Shown: in pieces, positions 23,847-37,589 of the stretch
How positions within the stretch are numbered: the stretch's first letter is position 1
How the letters are laid out: each line of letters opens with the position of its first letter
Source: Octopus sinensis
Lineage: Eukaryota
Reading direction: 5' to 3'
DNA: 64,000 nt
Assembly (NCBI RefSeq): GCF_006345805.1
Contig: NC_043000.1
Span: 148,490,001-148,554,000, forward strand
Translations under genes and position numbers: made by a program
Notes under the pieces: generated by a model
Databases searched by the model: none
What the model was told of the DNA's origin: nothing
Seen by the model: the letters and a program-made list of their open reading frames with translations, nothing else

Positions 23847-25543
23847 TCAAATATATATAAAATTGAGGATGTGTGTGTAAACCCGCAGAACTTCTGAAGT
23901 TCGCAACTGATTTTATCCAAACTGGGAACATACATTACTTATGTTCCAGAGAAGGTTTTAGACACTTAAACATTTTCACATAATGAGTAATGGGGTACCT
24001 GGGGACAGAAAACCCCCTTTCCTGGGGTACGCACGACTACCCGCATGGTCCACGCATTGCTTCTGTTCAAACTGAAATGATGTAAGTAGGTTATATTAAA
24101 TGGATGAACCGATGTAGACTTAAGACTGCGTTGTTCAAGTGGTAACAATAATAACCTGTTCCCGTAGTATCATAGGTATCAATTTGTTGGAATAAAAACC
24201 GCTTGGAACGCACTATGTTTATTATGAAAAATATGCTAAAATATGTTAAATCTTGAGCAACTATTCAACTATTTTCAGCTATTGATTTGAAATCGAAATA
24301 TTGCATATGCAATAACCTACTAATATATATAGTAGCTAAGACCTAACCACGTATCCTTAATGTGATCTTGCGTACCCGGACGCTACATGCAGAATTGTTT
24401 TCATTTGGGAGCTGAGTTGTCCTAACAATGGTCGCATGCTGTTTACGCGAAGTAGTTCACAGTTGAGCCACGATTATTGATTCCAAACCAAAATATCGCA
24501 TGGCAGTGTTGTTTTCAAGCATAATAAACATAGTGCGTCCCAAGCGGTTTTTATTCCAACAAATTGCTACCTATGATACTACGGGAACAGGCTATTATTG
24601 CTACCACATATCATCATCTGGAAAAGATTTTCTAACTAGAAAGGGTATGGCCTGGTCAGCCTGTAATGACATGCATAAGATCTGGTCATCAAATCTAAGT
24701 AGAGACTTCAAACTTGAAATCTTCAAAGCCACAGTCGAACCAATTCTACCATATGGCTCAGAAACCTGGACGTTATCAAAGAAGCTTGAGAGGCGGTTGG
24801 ATGGAACCTACACTCGCCACCTTATGAGAGCTCAAAATTTCTCGTGGAAGCGCCATCCAACCAAAATGCAAATATATGGGAAACTACCACCTGTGTCATC
24901 TCTTGTGAAAGGTAGAAGAGTCCAGTTTGCTGGACATTGTTGTAGAGCTGAAAAAGAGGTAATTTCTACTCTTCTCCTCTGGAAGCTATCTACTCGCAAT
25001 GCCAGAGGGCGCACGCTCTCCTACCCTGATGTAATCTCCAGGGATACAGGCATCCAGCAACAGGACCTCCGTAATGCCATGATGGACCGTGAAGTCTGGC
25101 GTAGCATGGTAAATTCCATTGTCTCGACCACGGTCGAACAACGATGATGATGATGTTTTCAAGCACTTCCTTGCTAATCTCCACCTTACCACGTGATTTC
25201 TTTCATGTAAATTTCTCTCATGTGGTGCTGTTGAGCGCGCACACAAGCTTCATTTTCACATAGATGTAATTCCTATGCTGATTGTTCAGCGTGATTGTCC
25301 ACTGAGAGCTTTTTGGTGCGTTCAAAAATCACATACCCCCCGCCCACTTTTCCATGACAAGGTTAGGGCCTGGAATCTTCCAAACAGACGCATGACATGT
25401 CCCTTAAACGAATTAGCCCTTCATTTACTCCACAAATGTTTTGTCGTCAATGCCGCACTTCCCGTATGACGTTTCAACTGAACTGTACCATATATACAAA
25501 TTATGTCATTTAAGTCCCGAGCAACGCCGGGTATGTCTGTTAG
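23847..25543 (+). mobile_element. larger non-autonomous Helitron-like element carrying an RTE insertion
   Basis: 5' tcaaatatatataaaa resembles the 22552 start; 3' cccgagcaacgccggg...gttagt is the same hairpin with a degenerate CTAG. Confidence 0.6.
24606..25153 (+). mobile_element. 5'-truncated RTE LINE (C-terminal ORF region, (GAT)n tail)
   Basis: VEPILPYGSETWTL...RRVQFAGHC...MMDREVWRSMV; open frame; tail gatgatgatgat; 12-bp TSD tgttttcaagca. Confidence 0.92.
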
Positions 25544-26345
25544 TTTTTCATAAACCGAAATGAAAAAAGAATCTGATCTAGAATTAAAATTTTGATTCAT
25601 ATTGAATGTCAATTAAAAATTGAATTTTAAAAATCTAGCGTCTCTCTTAAACTTGAATTATGATTTTAGTTCAAGATGCAATTTTACGTAAAGAAAAAGA
25701 AAATTATTCAGCTGGAACGACTATATTCCAGTTATGGTTTATGATAACATCTTCAGAAATATTGCCGGAAAAAAAAATTGAAAAATAAAACAAGCAAACA
25801 AACGGTAAAAGAAGTGCACCGAAAATATTTTCATTGCAATAAATATAGTGTTAGAAACTCATATTAGGTGGTTTGATAAACATTAAAATAAACCTGAGAA
25901 AAGACATTTGGTGTCTATTTAGAAGAAAATTTAATGAAAGAAAAATTTTTGAAAATATTTATGTACTTTTATATAGCATAACAACTTGGTTCCACCTTCT
26001 TTAGTATCAGGTATTACCAGAAATGGAAATACTTGAATCAACAAGAGAACCAAAACTTTAGAAATATCGACTTTCCCTTTAGGGTAAATACGTTCGTAAA
26101 TACCAGAGTTAACAAGTGGGGAGAAAGAGAGAGAAGAAAATGTATTTTACTGGTGAAGGCAGTGGGAACATCATAACATTGACAAATGTCTCCTTGACGA
26201 GAAGTTCTGAGCTGGGAGCGTCATCCATTGAGAAAGGAAAAAAAAAACGAGATATGACAAAAAATGGTGCTGCGACAATAGCTTAGCAGTATCAGTAACA
26301 ACAGCTGGAGCAGCCGTAGCAGCAGCAGCAGCGGCAACAACCAGT

Positions 26346-26535
26346 GGAGGCGCAATGGCCCAGTGGTTAGGGCAGCGGACTCGCGGTCGTAAGAACACGG
26401 TTTCGATTCCCAGACCAGGTATTGTGAGTGTTTATTGAGCAAAAGCACCTAAGCTCCACGAAGCTCCGGCGGGTGGTGGTGGTGGTGAACCCCGCTGTAC
26501 TCTTTCACCACAACTTTCTCTCACTCTTTCTTCCT
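26346..26535 (+). mobile_element. OR-like tRNA SINE, 5' part
   Basis: Same head as 23051. Confidence 0.85.
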
Positions 26536-26544
26536 ACTTCTGCC

Positions 26545-26845
26545 ACAAAGCAGAGGAACCATGGTGTAACGCACTATGGTGTGGTAAACTTTCAGACCCT
26601 AGTCTAGATTGCGAATCCTCTGTAACCCAGGATGGTCCAGCTCTCCACCCGTTAAAAGCCACCGTTTACGGAATGAGGATAGCAACGTAGCTTTCGAACC
26701 CGTGCAACCGCCAGTCTATCGCGTGTGGTGGGTGGATCTTCAAGTTGCCACACGCATTCTTAGTAGCTTAGAGTAGGCTCGAATTAGAAATTATTCTTTG
26801 TGGCTAATGGCGTGAGTCCTGATTGGAAGAAGAAGAAAGAAGAAA
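26545..26845 (+). mobile_element. unclassified retroposon 3' fragment with (GAA)n tail
   Basis: GC-richer segment ending cgtgagtcctgattgg-aagaagaag; fused to the SINE head. Confidence 0.35.
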
Positions 26846-27710
26846 GTAGCAACAACCAGTACATTCGTACTTAAACTTTCTGGATATTATATGGAGTAAA
26901 GCAGTGGAGTGGTAGAATCGGTTGGATGAAATTCTTTGCGTTATTTATTCGGGTTCTTCACGATCTGAGTTCAAATTCTAACGAAGTCAACTTTACCGTT
27001 TCGTACTTTCAGAGTTGATAAAATAAAGTACCAATCAAGTATTAGGGTCGAGTTATTTGACTGTTGATATGTGCTATTATGTAACGGATTAGAGCCCAGA
27101 TCCCTTCCCAACTTTGGGGGGCCCGAGGTCAGGTGAACTGAGACACCACTTAGAGTACACTGCTGTTACGTCAGCATTATCTATCAGTAACTATGTACAT
27201 AACTGCTAACGCAACACACACACACACGTACGCACATTCTGTCAAGCACATACACGTATGCACACACTCTCTCTCTGAAAGTGAAATTCCATTAAAAACT
27301 AATAAAAGAGAAAGGTTTACATCAAGCGAAGTAACTAAGCAACAGAAATCTAAATTGAATTATTAGTTTAACGAAATGTTGTTAAAAATGTCGAAACGAA
27401 TTCATTTCTTCTTGCTAACAAGACTGAAACACCACCCTCACACACAATAAAACTGAACTATCATAGTGTTATATTCATTTGTTATTCAGTAATTTGAACG
27501 CGGCTAAGGTGGAGCATCACGTTGAAGATTTAGTCAGTCATATTCGACATCAGTATTTAATCTGGTACTGATTTTATCAATATTCTTATCGAAAGGGGTA
27601 TTTAACTTTAGGGAGTTACCTCCCCTTAAGAATTAAACACCGAAAAGAATCTACACCGATTTACACTGGTTTATACAAACACGGATTCACACACACTCGG
27701 GTGCATGCGT

Positions 27711-27764
<54 letters not shown>

Positions 27765-27920
27765 TGGTTGGATAAGTCGTTAAAGAGGAAGTCTGAAGTT
27801 CAATTCAACTCAGCATTATCAATAAATTCTACTCTACGAAGTGTATAACTTCTCAACATCAATAAATGTTTTGTTGTTTTCGACAAATTGACCAAAAATT
27901 CCAAATAATACATTCAGACA

Positions 27921-27951
<31 letters not shown>

Positions 27952-27993
27952 TTATCCATCCATCCATCCATCCATCCATCCATCCATCCATCC

Positions 27994-28039
<46 letters not shown>

Positions 28040-28131
28040 TTATCTATCTGTTTGTCTGTCTGTCTGTCTATATATTTGTCTGTTTTCTTGCCTTTCTTTC
28101 TTGTATATTTCTCTCTCTCTCTCTCTTTCTA

Positions 28132-28178
<47 letters not shown>

Positions 28179-28468
28179 TGTTTTAACTTTATCACAACGA
28201 ATTTTCTATAGAGTTCAGAGCCCAAACTGAAAGTTACAGCGTTTCGTATACGAATACACCTATGTAAACATCTATGTTTAGATGTTTACGTTGCAACTTT
28301 CAGTGCTGAATCTGAATAGTATCGCAAATCTGTAGAGATAAACTTTAAAATGAGAACATTGCACTGCTAACACAGTAGTAAGTCACAATATTAACTTCTA
28401 AACGTTTAATATACTTGTTAGTATAATATGTTTGCGAAACTAAATACAGTGTCCTTGCTAGCAAAACA

Positions 28469-28509
<41 letters not shown>

Positions 28510-28576
28510 ATAATTTTTTGCGTAATAAGATAAAAAACCAAGGCTGTGTGGATATTAGAGCATTTATAGACAGAAG

Positions 28577-28628
28577 GTCTTACAGCTGTTTCTAGGATAT
28601 TTGTTAATTATATCCCTTCATCGGAGAC
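28577..28628 (-). ncRNA. minimal type I hammerhead motif in a ~210-bp (TA)n-flanked element (about 28505-28715)
   Basis: Minus: GTCT CCGATGA AGGGATAT-aattaacaa-ATATCCTA GAAA CAGCTG TA AGAC. Confidence 0.7.
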
Positions 28629-28712
28629 GGTGTGAGAGGATGGTTAAGTCATAGTTACCTGACACCTTTGGGTCTCAATGACACCATTATCTCTTATAAC
28701 CTCAACTTCTCG

Positions 28713-28748
<36 letters not shown>

Positions 28749-30389
28749 CTTTACTGCCCACAAAGGGCTAAACATAGAGGGGACAAACAAGGACAGACAA
28801 AGGGATTAAGTCGATTACATCGACCCCAGTGCGTAACACACAGAAGAAAATAGGTACCAGTTGAGCAAGGTCGGTGTAATCGACAAGCTCGCTCTCCCAA
28901 AATTTCAGACTTTGTGCCTAGGGTAAAAAATATTATTATGAGATCAGTTAATAGGCAGAATCGTTATGGGCGTCTGAAAAATGTCATACAGTATTTTTCT
29001 GGCTCTTTGCGTTTTAAGTTCAATTCTCACTCAGTACAATGTCGCCTTTCATCCCTTCGAGATTCATAAAATGAAATATTAAGAATTAGAATCGATGATA
29101 TCAATTCACCGATCCCCCATAAGACTGTTGACTTTGTGCCTAAATTAGAAACAATTTTTTTCATGCAACGAAAGAATCAACAGAATGTCTAACTAAATGC
29201 TTTGTGGTATTCAAATACGTCTTCTACGTTCTATGATTAAAACCCGTCTAGTTCTGTCTTTCCATTGTCAATAAATCATTAGTACCATGTTTATATTTGA
29301 GTTGATTAAATTGGGTATATTCCACTCCTCTATGTATGCGTGTATTTTGATTTCTTTTCATTATAGATTAGATATTTATTAAGCCACGAAAGACCTCGGG
29401 ACACGCTCGTCTAACGAAAATCTCACACAGGAGACCTGTTTTGCACCACCCCGCCATGACTAGATGGAGGGATACGAGAAGACCTCAATTTCTTTAGGCT
29501 GGAGACTTAGTCTAAATGACTGTAACAGTGGACACCATTAAAGATAGCCAAGAATGAGATGGTGGTGGTATTAAACAAGGTGACGAGTTGACTCTACCAC
29601 ACAAGGAAAAGAAAGACAAATAGTTGTTTTTATTACTTCTACCTTATTACTACTTCTTCAAGCTGTTCATCTTTTTAATTCTAATTTACGCCATTCAGAT
29701 ACATCTAAACACCTGCTGGATAACGGTATAACTGACACGAACAATCCATAATTTAGATTACTAATTAATTATCTTTCCATAAAGCTTTTCTCGTCAAATT
29801 TGCCTGGCTAATTTTAATCCTAGAGATTTTCATTTAATTACATGGTTGAAATGTGTTTTTTTTTGTTTGTTTTCTTTTTTTACCTTGATAATATACCGTA
29901 AAAGTATTAATGCGAGTGTACTTGTATGTCTTTGCATGTCTATACATATATGAATATGTGAGTGAGAAAAAGAGAAAGGTAGGGAAGAAGGGAGAGAGGT
30001 AAATATTATTTTTATTATTAAGTCTGATGAAAATGTTGGGTAGAAGTTGTTATCATATAACAAAAGTTTTACGATCGATTATGCCCAAAATACACATACG
30101 ATATCCAAAATAAACATTCTGAAACCGATATTAAACAGGCTACACAAATAATTTCATTATAGTAAATCTAAATCAACTTAAACCAACATTTCTTCTCGTG
30201 TTCGATGTTTTAAAGCGGGAATGTGGCAGTCGTACCAAGTAGATGAATAACCTTTTACAATTGATTTCATTGAGTGTTTAATTTGTTTTAATTAAATCTT
30301 TGGTGTGTAATGTCTGATATTGGCCTCAGAATATTAATTTTTCGTGAAGATATATGTATATTTTGGTTTAATCGACGACAGTCTTGGGT

Positions 30390-30710
30390 CTGGTACTCCG
30401 TCGGTTACGATGACGAGGGCTCCTGTTAATCCGATCAACGGAACAGCGTTCTCGAGAAATGAAATTAACGTGCAAGTGAGGGGACACTCCATAAACACGC
30501 CTACCCTTAACGGGTAGATTCTCGGGAAGATTCAGCGTGACACAGAATGCGACAAGGCTGGCCCTTTGAAATAGAGGGTTACTCATTTTTTTTTTCCATC
30601 TGAGTGAACTGGAGCAATGTGAAATAAAGGACACAACTCGCCGTTGGGAATCTAACTCATGACCTTACAATCGTGAGCCGAATACCTTAACCACTAAGCC
30701 ACGTGACTTC
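30390..30710 (-). mobile_element. tRNA SINE with Meta-domain-like body and OR-like tail
   Basis: Head gtggcttagtggttaagg...gagttagattccc; ctttatttcacattgctccagttcactcag body as in 36903; tail as in 57245. Confidence 0.75.
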
Positions 30711-30869
30711 ACTAAACTTTGAAAAATAGTTGAGTTGACATATTTAATGTAGGGAGAATTTAGAAAAAAAAACAACTTGAAACAATTATACGGTCAGGAA
30801 GAAACGATATTAATTATTAGTGTAATCAACTAGTTTAGTCAATTTAACTATTTCTGCAAGTAAGGAAAG

Positions 30870-31228
30870 GGATCTTTTCCCTTTGAACGGCGGATCGAGA
30901 AATAAATTTTTTATAACCAAACAGTTTCAAACTTCGAACACTGGTAGAATGTGTCATATAAAACATCTTTTACTCTTAGTGTTGTTGAGAAAAGTTTGTA
31001 TTTTCAAAGTTATTTTGTATTAAAGTTGTCGTATTTCGGTAATTTCAACCAATCAATGACGTGTATTCAGCTGAATAAAATTACTGCTGTTGTTTGTCAA
31101 CAACAACTTCCGGTGGTGTATATTTCGTTTGTCACACTATATGATACATTCTACCAGTGTTCGAAGTTTGAAAGTGTTTAGTTACAAAAAATTAATTTCT
31201 CGATCTGCCGTTCAAAGGGAAAGGATCC
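30870..31228. mobile_element. long-TIR MITE (MULE/Merlin-like)
   Basis: ~90-bp TIRs starting ggatcttttccctttgaacggc; degenerate 8-bp TSD aaggaaag/gagggaag; second copy at 61028. Confidence 0.85.
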
Positions 31229-31284
31229 GAGGGAAGTAACTACGGACGTGTTTTTCGCCTCATTACAACTTTATAAAGAGCCGG

Positions 31285-31500
31285 GTAGCGAGCTGGCAGA
31301 ATCGTTACCGCACCGAAGAAAATGCTTATCGAGATTACTTCGAACATTATCTTCAGAGTTCAAATTCCGCCGAGGTCGACTTCGCCTTTCTTCTTGAAAT
31401 TGCGATAAAAAAAAATGTACCAGTCAAGTATTGGGGTCGGTGTAATCGACTTGCCATTCCCCTCAAAATTACTGGCTTTGTTCCAAAATCAGAAAGAATT
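31285..31500 (+). mobile_element. old Deu/Nin-like SINE
   Basis: gagctggcagaatcgtt...gagttcaaattccgccgaggtcgac. Confidence 0.75.
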
Positions 31501-32419
31501 GTAACTTCGCATGTGTAATACAGTCTACACTGTTTTTACTGAAGTAGTGGTAATAGAATCACTAAGTGATAGGTGAAAAAATAATAGAATTACATTGAGA
31601 ATAAAATATATGTACTGATAGTAAAAGCTGAATGACTAAGTGAATTACAAATATATCGATAATGATTTCACGCCTACGGCAAGCAGCCTGTTGTCATTAG
31701 ACATGGAGACTTAAGACCTGGAGTTTTAAGTGTACCTATTCTCTCTTGAAAACAGAGAATACATGCAAACTCTTTTGGAAATAAGTGATAAATGGGTGTT
31801 ATGATAAAATGGTTTTAATGAACCCTACTATTCGAGAACATATTTATCATTTTTACGATACTTTCAAATTTCTCGGCAAACATTTTATGTCCAGTGACTG
31901 TATGCATCACATTCCGGCTAACATTTCTTTCTTTCATTTTCTCTTTCGTTTCTTCAGACCTTGTGATTTGCCAGCAGAAATAGAATGCAAACCAAAGAGC
32001 AACAGGGTTGCAATGCAAGCCGAAGTCAGTTTAGTGCATCTGTGAAGAGCAAAACTGTTATGTTTACGGATGCATTCTAATTGCATGCTCTCTACCGGAT
32101 ATTTCTGCTGTGCACTGAAGGTATTGTACTGTGAGAAGGCAACCGACACATGCACATGTCTTATTACAGCAGCAGCGGCAGTAGCAGCAGCAGTAGTAGT
32201 TGTTGTTGTTGTTGTGGTGGTGGTGGTGGACGAAATAAAGGAAAAATATAGGAAATTATTGTTTATTATTGTCTGTCATCTTTATCAACTACAATCATTA
32301 TCATAGCAATCATCATCCTCAGTATCATCATTATCATCATCGTCGTCGTCGATGTTACCTTTGTATCATAATTTTCGCCATTATCAGTATTATTATTATT
32401 ATTATTATTATTATAATTA

Positions 32420-32890
32420 TTGAGTGAGAGAGCAGTGCATGCCATCAAAGTGACACTGGGGTAAAATATACGAAGCCCAGTATACCCATCATGACTACCC
32501 ATCTGATAAGGGTACACCAGGCACATGCATCACAACCATATATGCGTGACATGGTGATCTCATATCAAGATAAACAGCACATGACCTTGCAGGTGGGGCC
32601 CAGTTAGAATTTTCTTCTGGTCGAGTAACCCATCCCGCTCAAAAGGTCCTTGAATAAGGGTTGTTTAAGAATGTTGAAAAAACCACCCATGTTTCCAGAG
32701 GGGAATTATTTAAACCCCAAATAATCCCTCTCAACACATGGCTATGATGCTCCCCCATTATTTCTGCTCGTGATCAGAGATGCACATATCGTCAGCCACT
32801 AAGGGACATGCTCAACTGGTTAAGGTCAAACAACTGACAAGCAAATCTGTGGTATTGAGCAGAATATTTGCTGTAGCCCATCTTTTATAA
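32420..32890 (-). mobile_element. non-coding retroposon-like element ending in (AAT)n
   Basis: Discrete GC-richer ~470-bp block whose minus-strand 3' end ttgatggcatgcactgctctctcactc runs into (AAT)n. Confidence 0.5.
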
Positions 32891-33154
32891 CCTAGGGGTA
32901 TGGTTAGGGTGTTCGGCTCAAGAGCATAAGGTCATGGGTTCAATTCCTGAATCAGGAAGCATATTGTGTCCTTGAACAACCCGCTACATTTCAGATTGCT
33001 CCAGTCTACTCAGCTGTAGTGAGTACCAACCGGTTGCTAATGCAACCCTCTCTTCCGCCAGCTGCCACATTTTGTGTGTTTCGCTGGTTAAAAAGTAAAG
33101 TGGGGACCAAAACAATATCTACGACTGCTTGCCATTCTGGAGACACCTAAAATA

Positions 33155-33564
33155 TATTTCTTTACTGCCCACAAGGGGCTAAACACAGAGGGGACAAACA
33201 AGGACAGACAAACGGATTAAGTCGATTACATCGACCCCAGTGCGTAACTGGTACTTAATTTATCGACTCCGAAAGGATGAAAGGCAAAGTCGACCTCGGC
33301 GGAATTTGAACTCAGAACGTAACTGCAGACGAAATACGTATTTCTTTATTACCCACAAGGGGCTAAACAGAGAGGTGACAAACAAGGACAGACAAACGGA
33401 TTAAGTCGATTACATCGACCCCAGTGCGTAACTGGTACTTATTTAATCGACTCCGAAAGGATGAAAGGCAAAGTCGACCTCGGCGGAATTTGAACTCAGA
33501 ACGTAAAGACAGACGAAATACGGCTACGCATTTCGCCCGGCGTGCTAACGTTTCTGCCAGCTCG
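33155..33564 (-). mobile_element. Deu/Nin-like SINE dimer
   Basis: Junction gacgaaatac|gtatttct at about 33338. Confidence 0.9.
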
Positions 33565-33908
33565 ATAATTAGCCAAAACAGTACGCGACACCAAAACATA
33601 CTCATTCGCGGTGACGGCTGGCAACTACTACTACTACTACTACTACTACAACTGCAGCTGTTGCTACTGAAACTACTACTACTACTGCCACCATCGTTAT
33701 CAATGCCATGATCCTTAATTTTGTATCATGTTATCTTAAAGAGGTAGCATGAAATAGATTCAGTGATATTATAGATGTCTATTCAAACAAACAGGAAATC
33801 ATTCGTATAGAATGACAGCAAGAAATCGGCATTATGGTGGACAATTAGTAACGGGGATATATGACAGAGCAACTTGGACAAATTACTACCCACCACTATC
33901 CTCACCAT

Positions 33909-33986
<78 letters not shown>

Positions 33987-34172
33987 ACTACTACTACTAC
34001 TACTACTATTACTACTACTAATGCCATGATGGACCGTGAAGGATGGCGTAGCATGGTAAATTCCATTGTCTCGACCACGGTCGAACAATGATGATGATGA
34101 TGATTACTACTACTACTGCTGCTACTACTGCTACTACTACTGCTACTACTGCTACTACTGCTGCTGCTGCTG

Positions 34173-34215
<43 letters not shown>
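33909..34215. repeat. (CTA/CTG)n microsatellite containing an ~85-bp RTE 3' end (34020-34103)
   Basis: aatgccatgatggaccgtgaag...ggtcgaacaatgatgatg is nearly identical to 25073-25153. Confidence 0.9.
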
Positions 34216-36902
34216 ACATGATAATGATTAATAATAACTTGCGGGACCCGTGAATATTTGACGGAATTAATGGTAAACTTATTGGGTTATTTCTGAAAAC
34301 TTTATCCCCAAAAACCTGAAAGCGTAGTCTGTGTTGTGTCTGTATCAAAAGATAGTCGCTCATCTGTTAATCATTGAAAAGTGAAGGAAATTGGAATACG
34401 ATGATTACTTAATGCACTTTATATATACACTTTATATACTTTATGCACAATTTTATTGGCATAATACACAGCACTCTCCCTCTTTCTCTCTCACCACTCT
34501 TCACCTTATCCTCTTTTTCGCTCTCCTTTTTCTTTCTCCTTTTTCTCCCGCTCTTCGACTTTCCCTTCAACTAATCGCGTGAAAGCGTTACAGACGGGAG
34601 AAAAACTTAGTTAAAAGAAAATTACATTTCACTCACCTTCCCCTCTCCGCATTCTTCCGTCTCCCCTTCTCCATTCTTCCCTCCCCCCACCCTGTCTCCC
34701 CTCCTCTCTCTCCCTTCAACTAATCGCGCGAAAGCGTTACGGACGGGCTAAGTAACGGAGAAACAAGCAAGATTATTATAAGATCCTTTCTGCTATAGAT
34801 ACAAGCCTGAAATTTCTGGGAAGGAGGCTAATCGATTACCTCAGCAAAGAAAAACAAGGTCAACATCGCCAGAATTTCAACTTAAAACTTAAAGCTTGAA
34901 GAAATGCTGCTGAGCATTTCGCCCGGCGTGCTAACGATTCTGCCAGCTCGCCGCCTTAATAATAATAAGAATAACACTAATAATATGGCCACATAGACGT
35001 ATCATACAAAAAGGACTACAAAGCACATAGGGATGAGCATGGTGTGTGTGTGTGTGACAAACAGAGGTAGTAAGAACATAATGCCATATGTTAAGACAGA
35101 TTTTTAAAATATTGATACGCAACACGAAGGACATCCCCACCAATACAGAGCTGAGAAGCCGATAACAGAGTAGAATTAAGAAAACTTCACTTTTTTTTCC
35201 GATCATATTCTGAGAAAAGGTTGCTACGAAATTATCTGTGATTATTTTCTTCCTTAACTGAACCCTCCTGTCGGCCGAGATTCCTTTAAAAACCTATTCT
35301 CTTCTAAGAGCTCCTGGTTATTTATCCCCCATTTCCTCAATTGGCATAATGTTTGTGCAATTACCTTTTAGGCCCAACATCACGTCAACCAAGCTAGGGT
35401 TCTCCTTTTGAATTATCATAAAGTTCCGGTACTCAGTGGGTATGGATGCTCTTCCCGAGTGATTTCAAGCCTCTTGTTTTCCCTTATCTAGGTCCACTTG
35501 TTTATTCGTCTCTTTCTTCTATTTCTATTTCTGCTATCCTCGGAGCTACGACAAGCGGTGATCTAAAAACTGCGACTGTAGCAATCAATGTCATAATCTT
35601 TACTGGAGAAATCAGCTATTGTTGTTGCCGCCTCTGTTGATTCAGCTTTTGATTCTCAGTTTCCTCATCCTTTTAATAAAACACTTTTAAATGTTCTTTA
35701 CAATTATATTTGTATCTATTCGTTCTTCAACCAATATGATTTACCTCTCCAATCCCTCAATGGAATTTAACTCCAGACTAGCCACGCGTTCATAACGGGT
35801 CATTAGGAACTGAAAGTTCATGCTCACGCTTACACGTTATTACAGACCATCTTCAAGTTTTTCAGAAAGGTAACGGCAAGTCAAAGGCCTACATCGATAC
35901 CAATATCTTCTGAGACCCACTTAGTGCGACACCGGCGTTTGAACAAGCGTATGATGTGCCAGTTCTTGCCTGATTCTCGGTCTTGAAACACAAATTTCCA
36001 TTTTCTCTGCTTCACTTGAGAAAACATAGAATCCAGAGTTCGGTCCAGTTCTTTTGAGTATACGAAGTAAAACATTCCATTGCTTGAAAAAATTGGGATA
36101 TGTCATCTTCCATTCGTTCATTCCCGGATAACTTTGTCTGACAAGGAGACACTATTGTAACATATTTCACCTATTCCTTTTCCTTCAGTTGGTTCATATC
36201 AAGGAACCCCTGATGGCCTTCAAAGATTGCAAAGGATGAACTGTTGTTTTTATTGGTATTTTAGAGTCGTTTAAAAATGCGTTTTCGCTGGTCAGACTAT
36301 TTTTCTGTTTTTTTTCTGTTGGTCTTTTAATTTTTATCTCTGCGCGCGCGCGTGTGCGAGAGAGAGAGAGAGAGAAAGAGAGAAAGAGACAGACAGACAG
36401 GCAGACAGATTGAGTATGTGTGCGCGCAGACGATTGCTTTCAAAAATTTCAAAATCTTGGATAGGTCGTATTTGCTGTTACGATTCTTGTGCAAAGCATC
36501 TCCTTCCGCTACTTCAGAGCGGTTATATTTAATCATTAATGAACAAAACAAAATGGGTGTTTACAAAAATGATTTTTTCAATAAAAGATAGCGTAACCGT
36601 TCAAATATTCCAAAGCCGTTTGTTAGTAAAACAAACAAAATTTTTTCCATCGAATATTCCGCGTAGAAAACATTATGTAAGCAGAGCTCTGCGAAACGTT
36701 ACCGATTGCAATATATAATAATGATAATAATAATTCTTTCTACTAAAGGTACAAGGCCTGAAATTTGTGGGGAAGGGGTCTAGTCGATTACAACCTCGGT
36801 GGAATTTGAAGTCAGAACATGAAGACAGACGAAAATGCCGCTAAACATTTTGCCTGGAATGCTAACGATTCTTTCTACTAGCTCGCAACCTTAATAATAA
36901 TA

Positions 36903-37241
36903 AGGGTAAAGACCCCCTTCGGTCATGAATGACCATGGGATTGCACCTAGAAAGTTACCTTCCTAGATACAAGTCCGGGCAAGGTTGTTTATGGAAGGCC
37001 AGCAGTCGCCCATGCATACCAGCCTCCCCCTCTCCACGCCACCAGTGTTATCCAAAGGAAAGACAAAGGTCGATACAGCTTGGCACCAGTGACGTCGCAA
37101 CTCATTTCTACAGCTGAGTGAACTGGAGCAACGTGAAATAAAGTGCCTTGCTCGAGAACACAACACGCAGCCCGGTCCGGGATTCGAGCTCACAACCTCA
37201 CGATCGTAAGCTCGACGCTCTAACCACTGAGCCATGCGCCT
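36903..37241 (-). mobile_element. full-length tRNA SINE with Meta-domain-like body
   Basis: Head ggcgcatggctcagtggttagagcg...gagctcgaatccc; gtgttctcgagcaaggcactttatttcacgttgctccagttcactcagctg; flanked by taataataataa on both sides. Confidence 0.82.
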
Positions 37242-37589
37242 TAATAATAATAACAACAATAATAATATAGTGTCTTTTCTTTTTGCCCTTTTTTTTTTGT
37301 TATATATCACGTAGATAAAACAACCAACACGGGAGCCTTTACGGGGTCAAACAACAAGAAATTCCTCAAATCATACTGTCTTGTCTTGAAAAAGAAAATA
37401 AACACATCGGATAATTGATAGACTATGCCTGAAGAATTAAGACAGGAAATGGTTTGAACTTAAAGCAGAACAAGAGGCAGGATAAAATTTTTAAAAAACT
37501 AAAATAGAGACAAGCATTTAGATAGATTTATGTTCGAAACTCTGGCTATAGATATCGCTTTATGTAAAATTTGACATTCTCAACCATAC

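Noticed and set aside
24139-24607. MITE with 88-bp TIRs
   Set aside because: The right arm lies inside the RTE TSD, so it is better explained as a templated inversion
32750-32800. Hammerhead (CTGACGA...GAAA on minus)
   Set aside because: No credible stem II/III or NUH triplet
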